Below the pieces are notes generated by a model. That model ran no database searches, was not told the DNA's origin, and saw only the letters and a list, made by a program, of their open reading frames with translations. Shown piece by piece: positions 47,556 to 56,635 of a DNA stretch of 64,000 bases. Numbering within the stretch: the stretch's first letter is position 1; each line of letters opens with the position of its first letter. Both the position numbers and the translations under genes were made by a program. This stretch comes from Candidatus Abyssobacteria bacterium SURF_17 (lineage in GTDB: Bacteria; Abyssobacteria; SURF-5). The DNA is taken from NCBI GenBank assembly GCA_003598055.1, contig QZKI01000026.1, positions 2,569 to 66,568 on the forward strand, given 5' to 3'.

Positions 47556-48887
47556 TCAGATGAAGCGTCTCCCGAACGCTTTTTCCTTCCAACGATTTTC
47601 ATGAGGTCTCTGGCGCACGCCTTTTTCGAGGAGAAGCTCCACCCCGAGCTTCTGAATGCGCTCTGTATTCAGATGACAGACTTGTTGCCCCATTCTGGAT
47701 AATATTGAGGCCACCAGGTGCGACTGATATGGGCGGAACGCATACACGCATGCAAGGCGCACTCGAGCGGCATCCATGTATGCGGGAATACGGAGCTGTA
47801 CGTGCGGGTCGGGCTGATAGCCATCCAGAAACGCGTCGGCGGCCGCCATGGCCTCGGCTCGTGACAGGAGACTTTGGAGATGCCGCAACTCGAAATGAAC
47901 AAGCGCATTTGCTATGTCCAAAGCCGCCTCTCCCACGGCCAGGCCATCAAAGCCGAGAAACCCTATGCGCCCCTGTGTATCAACGAATATTTGCTTGTCG
48001 TATACATCTCCATGCAACAGAACAATGGCGGGCGCATCTGCAGCGAGGGGCCGAAACACGTCGGATGCAGCGGCAAGTACCTGAAGAAAGAAGTGCGGCG
48101 CGAACGACTTAATCTGTGTGATCCAGAACTTAATGGTCTCGATTTCTTCGCTGGGTCCGCGGCGCCGCGACCGAACCGAATCGGAAACTGAGTGGAGCTT
48201 TTGCAGGGCGTTGCCCGCCGCCCGTGCGGCCGGAATGAGTTGTTGAGATTTCAGCAGACTGTGAAGCGATTGACCCTCCAACGCTGAAAATACGAGAATG
48301 CCGGCTTTCAGGTCGGCCCGTATCAGTTCCGGAACTGAGAAATCGCCGCCACCCAGTTTCCGGATCGAGTGTGCAGTGGAGACGAACTCCCGAAACCGGT
48401 CGGCAGCCAAAACTTTCGCGTAAGAAAGGCCCTCCGACAATTCAAGCCTCACAACGGCGCGCTCTTCGGGCCGATGTGAAACCAGTTCAGCGTCGGGGCG
48501 TGCCACCAGTGACGCCAAGGCAGGCAAGCGACGGTCCACCCCGTCCGCCTGAAGCATGACCCCAATCGACGGCAACTCCAGTAATTTTTGCCTTTTTTGG
48601 AGAGAACTCCCGGATGTTTCTTGTAATACCATCTGCAAATGCTTGGCGCTGGCAAACCATTGCCCGGCAATGGAGGTGTTTCCGGCGGCATATTCAATCA
48701 GCAGGCAGTCATGCGAACGCGGCCATGCTCGCTGCAAGCGTAAAGGACCGAGCGGAATACCGAGTCGCTTGCTGTCGGCGGAGGATAATTCGAGGATAGA
48801 AAGCTTATTCAAAAGGGAGTTAGTCATTGCCCGCAACCGGTGGATCTCTGCCAGAACGGCGACAACATTTTGAGCGTTTTGCGCCAC
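47556..48887 (-). CDS. Aminoglycoside-phosphotransferase/choline-kinase-like fold protein
   Basis: HRPEERAVV, HGDVYDKQ (Brenner-like), LGFD, GEAALD; start uncertain. Confidence 0.7.
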   Translation of the reverse strand: MAQNAQNVVAVLAEIHRLRAMTNSLLNKLSILELSSADSKRLGIPLGPLRLQRAWPRSHDCLLIEYAAGNTSIAGQWFASAKHLQMVLQETSGSSLQKRQKLLELPSIGVMLQADGVDRRLPALASLVARPDAELVSHRPEERAVVRLELSEGLSYAKVLAADRFREFVSTAHSIRKLGGGDFSVPELIRADLKAGILVFSALEGQSLHSLLKSQQLIPAARAAGNALQKLHSVSDSVRSRRRGPSEEIETIKFWITQIKSFAPHFFLQVLAAASDVFRPLAADAPAIVLLHGDVYDKQIFVDTQGRIGFLGFDGLAVGEAALDIANALVHFELRHLQSLLSRAEAMAAADAFLDGYQPDPHVQLRIPAYMDAARVRLACVYAFRPYQSHLVASILSRMGQQVCHLNTERIQKLGVELLLEKGVRQRPHENRWKEKAFGRRFI

Positions 48888-49260
48888 GGCTCCCAGAACG
48901 ATACCCGTGAAGGGCGCCTCTTTTTGCCGGTATACACTGCACTAAGGGCAACAACTATGCCAAAGACATTATCGTTGTTCAGTGGCAATTCCTTTACCTT
49001 TTACGAGATGAAATTGCCTATCTAAGACCTTCCAGGAAAGGACTTAGGAACCTCTCGTTGACGTTTCCTGTGGAAAATATTCACAGGTCGCCTCGTTCAT
49101 AATTGCAATTTCCCGGTTTCAAAAATGAATCAACTCGATAGGGGAATTTTGCCGATTGCAGGAAATCAGGCTGAAAGAAGGAAAAGAGGGGCTTCTGAAT
49201 GGCGAGACTCTCCTTCCGGTCTGTCCCAGCAGACTCAGGAGATTGTCTGGCGCGAGCCCG

Positions 49261-49295
49261 AAAGAAAAGAGCGAGCCCAGTGTGTAGGCCCGCTC
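49261..49295 (-). terminator. Intrinsic terminator after the phasin gene
   Basis: Minus strand GAGCGGGCC...GGGCTCGCTC-TTTTCTTT. Confidence 0.6.
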
Positions 49296-49322
49296 GGGGC
49301 GAAAACAGAAATTTGTTCGTCT

Positions 49323-49712
49323 TCAGGATGTTTTCTTCGGCAGCCGGGCAACCCGCCTCTCGAGTTGAGCAATTTTCTTCGAGAGCGCATCCACGTCTTT
49401 CTTCGTGGGCAGGCGGAAGCTCTTCAATACCTTTTGGATTCTATCGTCGATGTTTTTCTCAAAGTCCTTGCGATTTCTTCGGGTGCGTTTGCGGAAGTCA
49501 CTCACGATCTTCTTGCCCTCTTTCTCCGAAGCTTCGCCCCGCTCGACGAGGTCGCGCACAAACTTCTCGATTCCTTCTTCCGCAATAGAGAACGCCCCGA
49601 CGGATGCCAGGATCGGAGTTCGGAGCACATCAATCCACGTCCATTTCTCTTGCTTTCCCTTCGGCTTCGGTGCTGCCTTCTTCGTACGTTTTCCTGATTT
49701 TGTGGCAACCAT
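49323..49712 (-). CDS. Phasin-like granule-associated protein (PhaF/PhaI type)
   Basis: LASVGAF, LVERGE, LPTKKDVDALSKKIAQL, Lys-rich termini. Confidence 0.82.
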   Translation of the reverse strand: MVATKSGKRTKKAAPKPKGKQEKWTWIDVLRTPILASVGAFSIAEEGIEKFVRDLVERGEASEKEGKKIVSDFRKRTRRNRKDFEKNIDDRIQKVLKSFRLPTKKDVDALSKKIAQLERRVARLPKKTS

Positions 49713-49724
49713 TGCGTTACCCTC

Positions 49725-50318
49725 CTATTCTCTTTTTCGCGACCGCGTTCTCCGTGGCCGCGAGGCCGCGAGATGAGCGTCTAACCTCTTGATAATTGAA
49801 TCCACTCTCTTCGAAATCGCTTCGAGCTCGGCGCGGCTCGGCAGATGCATCGCCTCTACGAAAGCTTCCACCCGCTCCTCGATTTCGCTTTCGAGAGAAC
49901 GCCGTCGTCTGGTAACCGAACGAGACAGAAGCTTGAGGTAGTTCTTGGCCTCGTCTTCGCTCATCTCTCCATAATCGACGAGTCTCCGATAATACTTCGA
50001 TGCGCTTTCCTCCGCCATTTGCATGGCGCCCTTGCTGGCCAACCTCGACTTGCGCATGATCTCATTGAGAGATTCGCTGCCACGCTTTATCAAATCCTTA
50101 AGGGCGTCGAGCGGGAGCACGCTGCCCTTCGCTTTCTCTTCCTCCGCCATTGCCTGCGCGAGCACGACGCTCGTCAGGTCCTCTCCCGTGCGGCTGTCAG
50201 AGACTTCCACATCCTCGCCCGCCCTCACAAGCTTCAGTATGTCATGCAGGCTCACATAGTGGCTTTCTTTTGTGTCATACAGTTTCCGGTTTGCATAGCG
50301 CTTTATGGTGCGGGTCAT
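49725..50318 (-). CDS. PhaR-type DNA-binding domain (PHB_acc_N) fused to a phasin-like domain
   Basis: IKRYANRKLYDT..S.YVSL, TGEDLT..VLAQ; C-terminal LVDYGEMS...LPSRAEL. Confidence 0.85.
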   Translation of the reverse strand: MTRTIKRYANRKLYDTKESHYVSLHDILKLVRAGEDVEVSDSRTGEDLTSVVLAQAMAEEEKAKGSVLPLDALKDLIKRGSESLNEIMRKSRLASKGAMQMAEESASKYYRRLVDYGEMSEDEAKNYLKLLSRSVTRRRRSLESEIEERVEAFVEAMHLPSRAELEAISKRVDSIIKRLDAHLAASRPRRTRSRKRE

Positions 50319-50367
50319 AGCAAGCTCCTGCTGTCGTTGTTTTCATCCCGGCCTTGCTGCAAAAAGA

Positions 50368-50396
50368 AGTATAACACAGTGCGTCAAAACTGTCAA
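50368..50396 (-). promoter_or_regulatory. Sigma70 promoter for phaR-like plus phasin
   Basis: Minus strand TTGACA-17-TATACT. Confidence 0.6.
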
Positions 50397-50503
50397 TCGC
50401 ATGCGCGACAAGGTAGTCTGTAGAATCATGAAGATGCATTAGCGCCTGCAGGCGAGGCCATGCCAAACCGTGCGATTAAGGGATAGATTCTTCAGTGCAT
50501 ATG

Positions 50504-51937
50504 TCAATGATATAATACATTCAAATACTCGCCCAGCAGGCGCTCGCGGAGTGGGGGAGAGAGCGCGTCGAGCATCTCGTTAATCCTTGCCCAACGGTCG
50601 GGCAGTTCCGCCCCCTCGACTCCCGCCATGGTCAAAAGCTCGACGAAGTGTTCCATGCCGAATTCAGAGGGATTTAGACGAGAATATTTCTCTTTGACTT
50701 CCGCCGCCACCTCGCCGAACTTCACTCCCTTCACCTTCTCGACGCACGCGCGCAGGTCCGACAAGAACCCATCAACCCCCCTGCAGTTGGCCGGATTGAT
50801 AGACATGTGCAGATGTTCCCGCGCGCTCCCCATACTAAACTGGGCCTGCACATGCCAGCCGCAGTCGATGAGCTCGTCCCATAGATGGAAAACGCTCACT
50901 GTGTCCGACGTGAAGGCGATCATATTGGAATCGGTGCGGCCCAAGAGTCTGAGGTCGGGCAGGTCATCTATGGTGTCGCATATTTTGCGAGTGGCCTCGA
51001 GCACACTGCGAAACCTCTCGAGATAACCGTCATCTCCGATGAAATTCACTACCGCCCATGCCGCCGCAAGCGGTCCGGCCGATTTTGTGCTTTGAATCGT
51101 TGTGTTCAGGTGCGTGTAGCCGGTCCATTCCGCACACATGAAGAACTGGTGATATCGGATATCTTTGTTCCGATAAAGAATCAACGATGCGCCCTTCGCG
51201 GCAAAAGCGTACTTGTGCAGGTCCATAGAAATGGATGTCACTCCCGGCACGCTGAAATCGAAATCCGGCACGGGCGCTCCCAGCCTCCTGAAATACGGGA
51301 GCATGAAACCGCCGACGCACGCATCCACATGAAACAGGAGACCGTGCTCGAGCGCAACTTGTCCGATTTCACGCATGGGGTCCACCACTCCATGCGCGAA
51401 CGAAGGCGCGGAGGCGACCAACAGGATGGTGTTCGGCGTGATGGCTCGTCGAACCGCGTCCACATCCGCTTTGAAACTCACCGGGTCCACAGGCACGAGC
51501 ACTTTCTTCACGCAGAAATATTCCGCCGCCTTGTGGAACGAGCCGTGCGCGGTGACAGGAAGAATCATCTCCGGCTCTTTGATTTCGGGTTTTCTTGCGC
51601 GGAAATAATCGCGCGCAGTCTTGACCGCGAGCAGAACGCTCTCCGTGCCGCCGCTCGTGAAGCTGCCCACCACGTCGGCATCTCCCCGGAGATGTTCGGC
51701 TCCCATAGCAACCAGCTCGTTCTCAAACCGTATCACGCTTGGATACACGTTCGCGTAGAGGCAGTTCTCGGAGAGAAACTTCATGTACGTTTCTTTAATT
51801 ACCTCCAAAGCCTCTTCGCCGGGGTCGTAAACATATGCGAACGAACGCCCCGTACGCCAGTCGAAATCGCCCGAGCGATATTCCTCCAGTTTTCTAAACA
51901 ACTCATCCCTCGAAAGCCCCTGCTGAGGAATCTTCAT
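50504..51937 (-). CDS. Group II PLP-dependent enzyme, sphingosine-1-phosphate-lyase-like
   Basis: DWRTGRSFAYVY, TSGGTES, H.SF.KA, HVDACVGG, SMDLHKY (PLP Lys). Confidence 0.85.
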   Translation of the reverse strand: MKIPQQGLSRDELFRKLEEYRSGDFDWRTGRSFAYVYDPGEEALEVIKETYMKFLSENCLYANVYPSVIRFENELVAMGAEHLRGDADVVGSFTSGGTESVLLAVKTARDYFRARKPEIKEPEMILPVTAHGSFHKAAEYFCVKKVLVPVDPVSFKADVDAVRRAITPNTILLVASAPSFAHGVVDPMREIGQVALEHGLLFHVDACVGGFMLPYFRRLGAPVPDFDFSVPGVTSISMDLHKYAFAAKGASLILYRNKDIRYHQFFMCAEWTGYTHLNTTIQSTKSAGPLAAAWAVVNFIGDDGYLERFRSVLEATRKICDTIDDLPDLRLLGRTDSNMIAFTSDTVSVFHLWDELIDCGWHVQAQFSMGSAREHLHMSINPANCRGVDGFLSDLRACVEKVKGVKFGEVAAEVKEKYSRLNPSEFGMEHFVELLTMAGVEGAELPDRWARINEMLDALSPPLRERLLGEYLNVLYH

Positions 51938-52006
51938 GCCGCAAACCTCTCAATCAGAAATAACCTATCCCTCTGCCAAACGCGTGCGGTTTTGGCAAAC
52001 ATGACA

Positions 52007-53410
52007 TCAAACCGCATCGAGCAGTCTGTTATACGCTTCCACTGTGTCCTTTATCTCGCGCTCTCCGTGAGCGCTCGTGACGAATCCTTTGCCCATGAGT
52101 GTCATCAGTCCCTCGTTCCGCAGGAAGGTCTGATGATTGGTGACCGCAGTCTTCCTGTCGAAAATACGAGCGAGGCCGTCCTCGCTCGTGAGGTCTATAT
52201 GAAGAGCTCCCGTCGTCTCAACGTGCAGGATCGAGCCGTAATTGTATGCAAAGAACGGGCAATTTCTATCCTCGAATAATACGTTGAGCTCATTGACCAG
52301 TCGGTCCGTCGTGGCCGCTGCCTTCTCGATTGCATTCGTTCGCTCTATCTCGCAAATCGTGAAGTACGTGGCCGCGCACGAGAACAGATTTGCGGCCAAA
52401 GTCCCTGCCACAAAGCACGAAGGTCCGCCCGACATGATGCCGGAATTCAGGATATCCATGAGTTCGGCCTTTCCGCCCAGCGCGCCACTTGAGGGGAAGC
52501 ACCCGCCCATGATTTTGCCGAGCACCGTAAGCTCGGGGTCGATGCCGAAAAGCTCCTGTGCTCCGCCCAGCGCGACTCGGAAGCCCGTGACTACCTCATC
52601 GAAAATGAGAACAATGTTGTTCTCGCGCGTTATCTTCCTCAGCTCCTTGTGAAATCCCTCTTCGAGCGGTTGCGTGCCCGACTCGCCTCCAAGCGGTTCC
52701 ACGAGCACGGCAGCAGTTCCGCCATCCTTCTCGTTCTCCTCGATTGCTCGCCTGAGGGCATCGAGGTCATTCTGCGGCACAATGACGGTGTCCCCGGTGA
52801 CCGATTCCGGTATCCCGTTTGCCATGAACCTGCCGCTGTGAGGCACCCACAGGTCCACCACAAGTTGGTCGGACCATCCGTGATACGTCCCGCAGAATTT
52901 GATTATCTTTTTCTTTTCAGTATACGCGCGGGCCAGCCGAATTGCAGCCATGTCCGCCTCGGTGCCCGATTGCAGGAAACGAACCTTTTCGACGGCAGGC
53001 ATGTGCTGAACAATTTTCTCGGCGGCAAGCGTCTCGTACTCATCACAGAGCCCGTGAAACGAACCCTTCTTCTTGAGTACTTCCGTCATTCTTTCGATGA
53101 GAGCCGGCGGGTTGTGGCCGAGCAGCACCGGCCCGCCGCCATTCAGATAATCGATGTATCGGTTCCCATCCACGTCGATGAGAAAGGGCCCCTCTCCTCG
53201 GTCAATGAAGACGGGGTGGGGGACCGTGTGCGACAGCATGTGTTCGCATCCGCCGGGGATAACCTTCCGAGCAGCCTCGAACATCTTCGCCGACTTTGGT
53301 GTTTTCTTTTTAATCTCTGCAACCACACGGCCCATGACATCCTCCGGAATGTGCTTCACCGGTTGTGCCGCAAGCCTGTCCATCCTCTCCATGATTTCCC
53401 GGTACTTCAT
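52007..53410 (-). CDS. Class III aminotransferase, glutamate-1-semialdehyde-aminomutase-like
   Basis: DVDGNRYID, LGH, SGTEA, YHG, FDEVVTGFR, LGKIMGG; start could be 53458. Confidence 0.87.
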   Translation of the reverse strand: MKYREIMERMDRLAAQPVKHIPEDVMGRVVAEIKKKTPKSAKMFEAARKVIPGGCEHMLSHTVPHPVFIDRGEGPFLIDVDGNRYIDYLNGGGPVLLGHNPPALIERMTEVLKKKGSFHGLCDEYETLAAEKIVQHMPAVEKVRFLQSGTEADMAAIRLARAYTEKKKIIKFCGTYHGWSDQLVVDLWVPHSGRFMANGIPESVTGDTVIVPQNDLDALRRAIEENEKDGGTAAVLVEPLGGESGTQPLEEGFHKELRKITRENNIVLIFDEVVTGFRVALGGAQELFGIDPELTVLGKIMGGCFPSSGALGGKAELMDILNSGIMSGGPSCFVAGTLAANLFSCAATYFTICEIERTNAIEKAAATTDRLVNELNVLFEDRNCPFFAYNYGSILHVETTGALHIDLTSEDGLARIFDRKTAVTNHQTFLRNEGLMTLMGKGFVTSAHGEREIKDTVEAYNRLLDAV

Positions 53411-53557
53411 CTTCAACACCCCCAATCCGAGTATCCCAATCCGTATTTCGGGTTCCACTCACCCATGAGGTTTCTCTGGTTTCAATCCAAAATCCAAAAT
53501 GGAAACACCCGAACGTTTCGGCATTCGCTCACTCCCAATTCTTTGGCTAATTCATCG

Positions 53558-55249
53558 CTACATCATGAGCTTGAAATGAGCCTCCTGGCTCGTTACCACG
53601 TCTACCACGGCAGGCCTATCACTGCTGATGGCCGCCTTGAGCGCGGGCTTGAGCTCGGCCGGTTTCTCTATGCGGAGCCCCTTGCAGCCGGCCTCACGCG
53701 CTATGGCGGCGAAGTCGGTCTCAGGATACGTCGTAGCAATTCTGCGGTCGGGCGCCTGGAAATCCATGACATTCCCCAGGCACGAATTATTCATCACGAC
53801 ATAGGTGAGCGGCAGTTCGTTATCCTTTGCCATCACGAGGGCATAAAGCATCATGCCCATTCCGCCGTCCCCGCAGACACATACAACCCGCTTGTCCCGA
53901 AGGACGAGCTGAGCGGCAAGCGAGGCAGGCACGCTCCAGCCCACGCCGGCTGCGCCTCCCGGCGCAATCACCTGCCCGGCCCTCTTCGACCGGAAATGCT
54001 TTGCACACCACATCCGGTTATTCCCGCCGTCGAGCACGAGCAGGTCATCGGGTCCAACGGTCTCGTTCAAATCATTCACGATTCGCTCAGGCGATATAGG
54101 GATCTCGTCTGAGCCGTATCCATCACTCGTGAAAAAATCGTTTTCTGCCTTGAGCTTCTTAAGTTCTTCGATTCGCTTTTTCACATCCATTCGCGGAGAC
54201 ATGCGCTTTATCGATTCAATAATTGCTCTCAGTGCAAGCCTGGCATCGGAGGTGACTCCCATAGTTACCGGGAATGTCCACCCGACATTGAGCGGTTCGA
54301 TATCGATATGGATTATCTTCTGGCGCGTAGGGTCAATATAATCGGGTGAAAGCATCCGCGTGTTTTCGGGAGAGAGACACGTGCCGACGGCGAGGAGAAC
54401 GTCGGCAGCGCTGATTTTCTCGTTCGCTGTGCGTTGCCCGATGTTGCCCATGGTCCCGAGTGCAAGGTCATGCGTCTCGGCAATCCCGCTCTTTCCCATA
54501 TAGCTTGTGGCGACAGGCATACCAATGAGTTCGGCCAGTTCCTGAACCTCAGCGTAAGCCCGCGAGCTGTGAATGCCCCTGCCGGTTATCATGACCGGGT
54601 CTTTCGCGTCGAGGACAAGCCCTGCCACGCGGTCGGCGTCCTCTTGCGAGATACACGCTGGTGAAATACGAAGATGTCCGGCGAGAGGATATACCCGTGG
54701 ATGAGCGGCGTCCGGCTCGATCTCACCCATCGCCACGTCCCATCTCACCAGCACGCATGCCGGGCCGGGCCGACCGGTCGTCGCATGTTTGATAGCAAGC
54801 TGTATCCCGTGAGCCAATTCAGCCGGTGAATTGGCAACGGTGGTATACTTCGTCATCGAGCGCATAATGTTAGGCAGATTGATGGAGCCGTATTCTCCGC
54901 CCGTGCATTGGTATGGCCCATGCTGAATGAGGCCCGCATAGTCGGATACATCGCCGATAACCAGCATGGGGGAGCCCGCCAGATATGCCTCCATTATTCC
55001 GAACGCCGCATTCGAGCCCATCCACGCACCCTGCCCGATGACGACGCCCGGCTTGCCCGTCAGCCGGCCATACATATCGGCCATGCATGCCGCGCCACCC
55101 TCATGCCGAGCGAGCACCGTTCGAATCTTATCCCGCTTGTCGAACAAAGCGTCGTAAATGAAAACCGTTGCTCCGCCAGGCATGCCGAATACATGATCGA
55201 TACCCGCCTCCACCAGAATATCTGTCACAACTTCCGTAGCCTTTGGCAT
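53558..55249 (-). CDS. Thiamine-diphosphate-binding enzyme (acetolactate synthase/decarboxylase superfamily)
   Basis: FGMPGG, RHEGGA..MA, GRPGP, GDGG..M...NN motif. Confidence 0.88.
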   Translation of the reverse strand: MPKATEVVTDILVEAGIDHVFGMPGGATVFIYDALFDKRDKIRTVLARHEGGAACMADMYGRLTGKPGVVIGQGAWMGSNAAFGIMEAYLAGSPMLVIGDVSDYAGLIQHGPYQCTGGEYGSINLPNIMRSMTKYTTVANSPAELAHGIQLAIKHATTGRPGPACVLVRWDVAMGEIEPDAAHPRVYPLAGHLRISPACISQEDADRVAGLVLDAKDPVMITGRGIHSSRAYAEVQELAELIGMPVATSYMGKSGIAETHDLALGTMGNIGQRTANEKISAADVLLAVGTCLSPENTRMLSPDYIDPTRQKIIHIDIEPLNVGWTFPVTMGVTSDARLALRAIIESIKRMSPRMDVKKRIEELKKLKAENDFFTSDGYGSDEIPISPERIVNDLNETVGPDDLLVLDGGNNRMWCAKHFRSKRAGQVIAPGGAAGVGWSVPASLAAQLVLRDKRVVCVCGDGGMGMMLYALVMAKDNELPLTYVVMNNSCLGNVMDFQAPDRRIATTYPETDFAAIAREAGCKGLRIEKPAELKPALKAAISSDRPAVVDVVTSQEAHFKLMM

Positions 55250-55283
55250 AACTGCTCCTCCGATTGAATATCTTAGTAGTTTC

Positions 55284-56492
55284 CTATCCGGATGAGGCTC
55301 CGGCTAGCTCAATGGCCGTGAATGCATACAGCTTGGCCGCCTGTATCACCGCCTTCACCGGCACGTGCTCATCCGGCGTATGCGCGAGTTCGGCGGTTCC
55401 TGGCCCCAACAGAATTGTCGGAATTCCCCGGTCGGCAAAAAAGCGGCCGTCACTCACCTGCTGGTAGCCGACGGGTTTGGGATCAAGTCCCATCAGGTTG
55501 CACACGTGAGCGATCGACCTTACGAGGGGATGCTCTGGAGAAGTCTCGAAGGCATTGGCACGGTACAGCACAGAGTAATCCGCCTCAAATGTCGGGTCGA
55601 CCTCGCTCAGGCGTTCGATGAGCTCGGCAACTTCGCGTTGCGCCGCTTCAAGCGATTCTCCGGGCACCGTCCTGCAATCCAGCGTGACCCGGCATTCATC
55701 CGGCACGACATTGATCGCCACTCCGCCCTCGATGAGCCCGAAATTATATGAAGGCGGCGGGGTGAGGGGGTGTCGCTTGCTCCTGAAAGACGTATCGAGC
55801 ATTTGTTCTAATTCGCGAATCAGCAAGGCCATCTTGCTGATTGCACTGATGCCTTCCCGCGGCGTGCTCGCATGGGCGGTGCGGCCGCGGGTGGTCAGCG
55901 CAAACACGAGCATCCCCTTCTCCGCGATTGCGATGCGGTTAGATGTAATCTCGCCGATGACCGCAAGGTCCGGCCCAAGAACTCCCGAGTCGAGGAGATA
56001 CTGCGTGCCCATTGAGCCGCCGGTTTCTTCGTCACTCACGATGGCCACATCCAGTCCGCCGAGAAGCTCGATGCCGCCTCTTTCCAAAATCAGCGCCGCC
56101 ATAAGCATCGCGGCAGCACATCCTTTGGCGTCGGCGCTTCCACGGCCATAGAGATTGCCTGCGACTATCTCTCCCCCGAACGGGTCATGGCTCCATTTCG
56201 CCGCATCACCGACAGGAACGGTGTCCATGTGAGAATTGAAACAAACCGATTTGCCTTTGCGTTTTCCCAGCCGAACAATGATGTTAGACTTATCATCGTC
56301 GAACGAATGCACCTCGTATGGGCTGTCGAATTCCTTCAACTTTTCTTTGATTACTGCAGCAGCGGCGGTCGTGTCTCCGGGCGGATTCACAGATTTCGCC
56401 CCCACGAGCTGCACGAGAAACTGCGTTATTTCATTCTCCATTCCATGTACTGTTTCATGGATGCGTTTAGCGAGCGCCTCTGAAATAGCCAT
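55284..56492 (-). CDS. M20 family metallo-amidohydrolase (ArgE/DapE-like deacylase)
   Basis: NSHMDTVP, GRGSADAKG, DEE.GG, GE, AH..DE. Confidence 0.9.
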   Translation of the reverse strand: MAISEALAKRIHETVHGMENEITQFLVQLVGAKSVNPPGDTTAAAAVIKEKLKEFDSPYEVHSFDDDKSNIIVRLGKRKGKSVCFNSHMDTVPVGDAAKWSHDPFGGEIVAGNLYGRGSADAKGCAAAMLMAALILERGGIELLGGLDVAIVSDEETGGSMGTQYLLDSGVLGPDLAVIGEITSNRIAIAEKGMLVFALTTRGRTAHASTPREGISAISKMALLIRELEQMLDTSFRSKRHPLTPPPSYNFGLIEGGVAINVVPDECRVTLDCRTVPGESLEAAQREVAELIERLSEVDPTFEADYSVLYRANAFETSPEHPLVRSIAHVCNLMGLDPKPVGYQQVSDGRFFADRGIPTILLGPGTAELAHTPDEHVPVKAVIQAAKLYAFTAIELAGASSG

Positions 56493-56635
56493 GCCTGCTC
56501 TCCGCTACAGATCCTCTCTCAAGATGCCTCTGTCAGAAACGCCGCGTTTCATGCTCGGCTGATTCGACCGCCGAGGACATCGCGCGCACGGGAAACAAGA
56601 GGGGCATGATGAGCGCCACTCGCATGGGGGCGAAC

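Noticed and set aside
52007-53410. Calling the aminotransferase hemL
   Set aside because: No hem genes nearby, extended N-terminus and catabolic context; only family-level similarity
53423-53500. Short AATCC(A/G)A heptamer-like repeats (CAATCCAAAATCCAAAAT)
   Set aside because: Only 2-4 imperfect copies; too short to call a repeat family, though they favour the 53410 start
52649-54112. Long antisense ORFs (also 2989-3921, 34714-35940, 50885-52279, 59098-59544)
   Set aside because: Shadows of well-supported genes on the opposite strand in GC-rich DNA; no recognisable motifs
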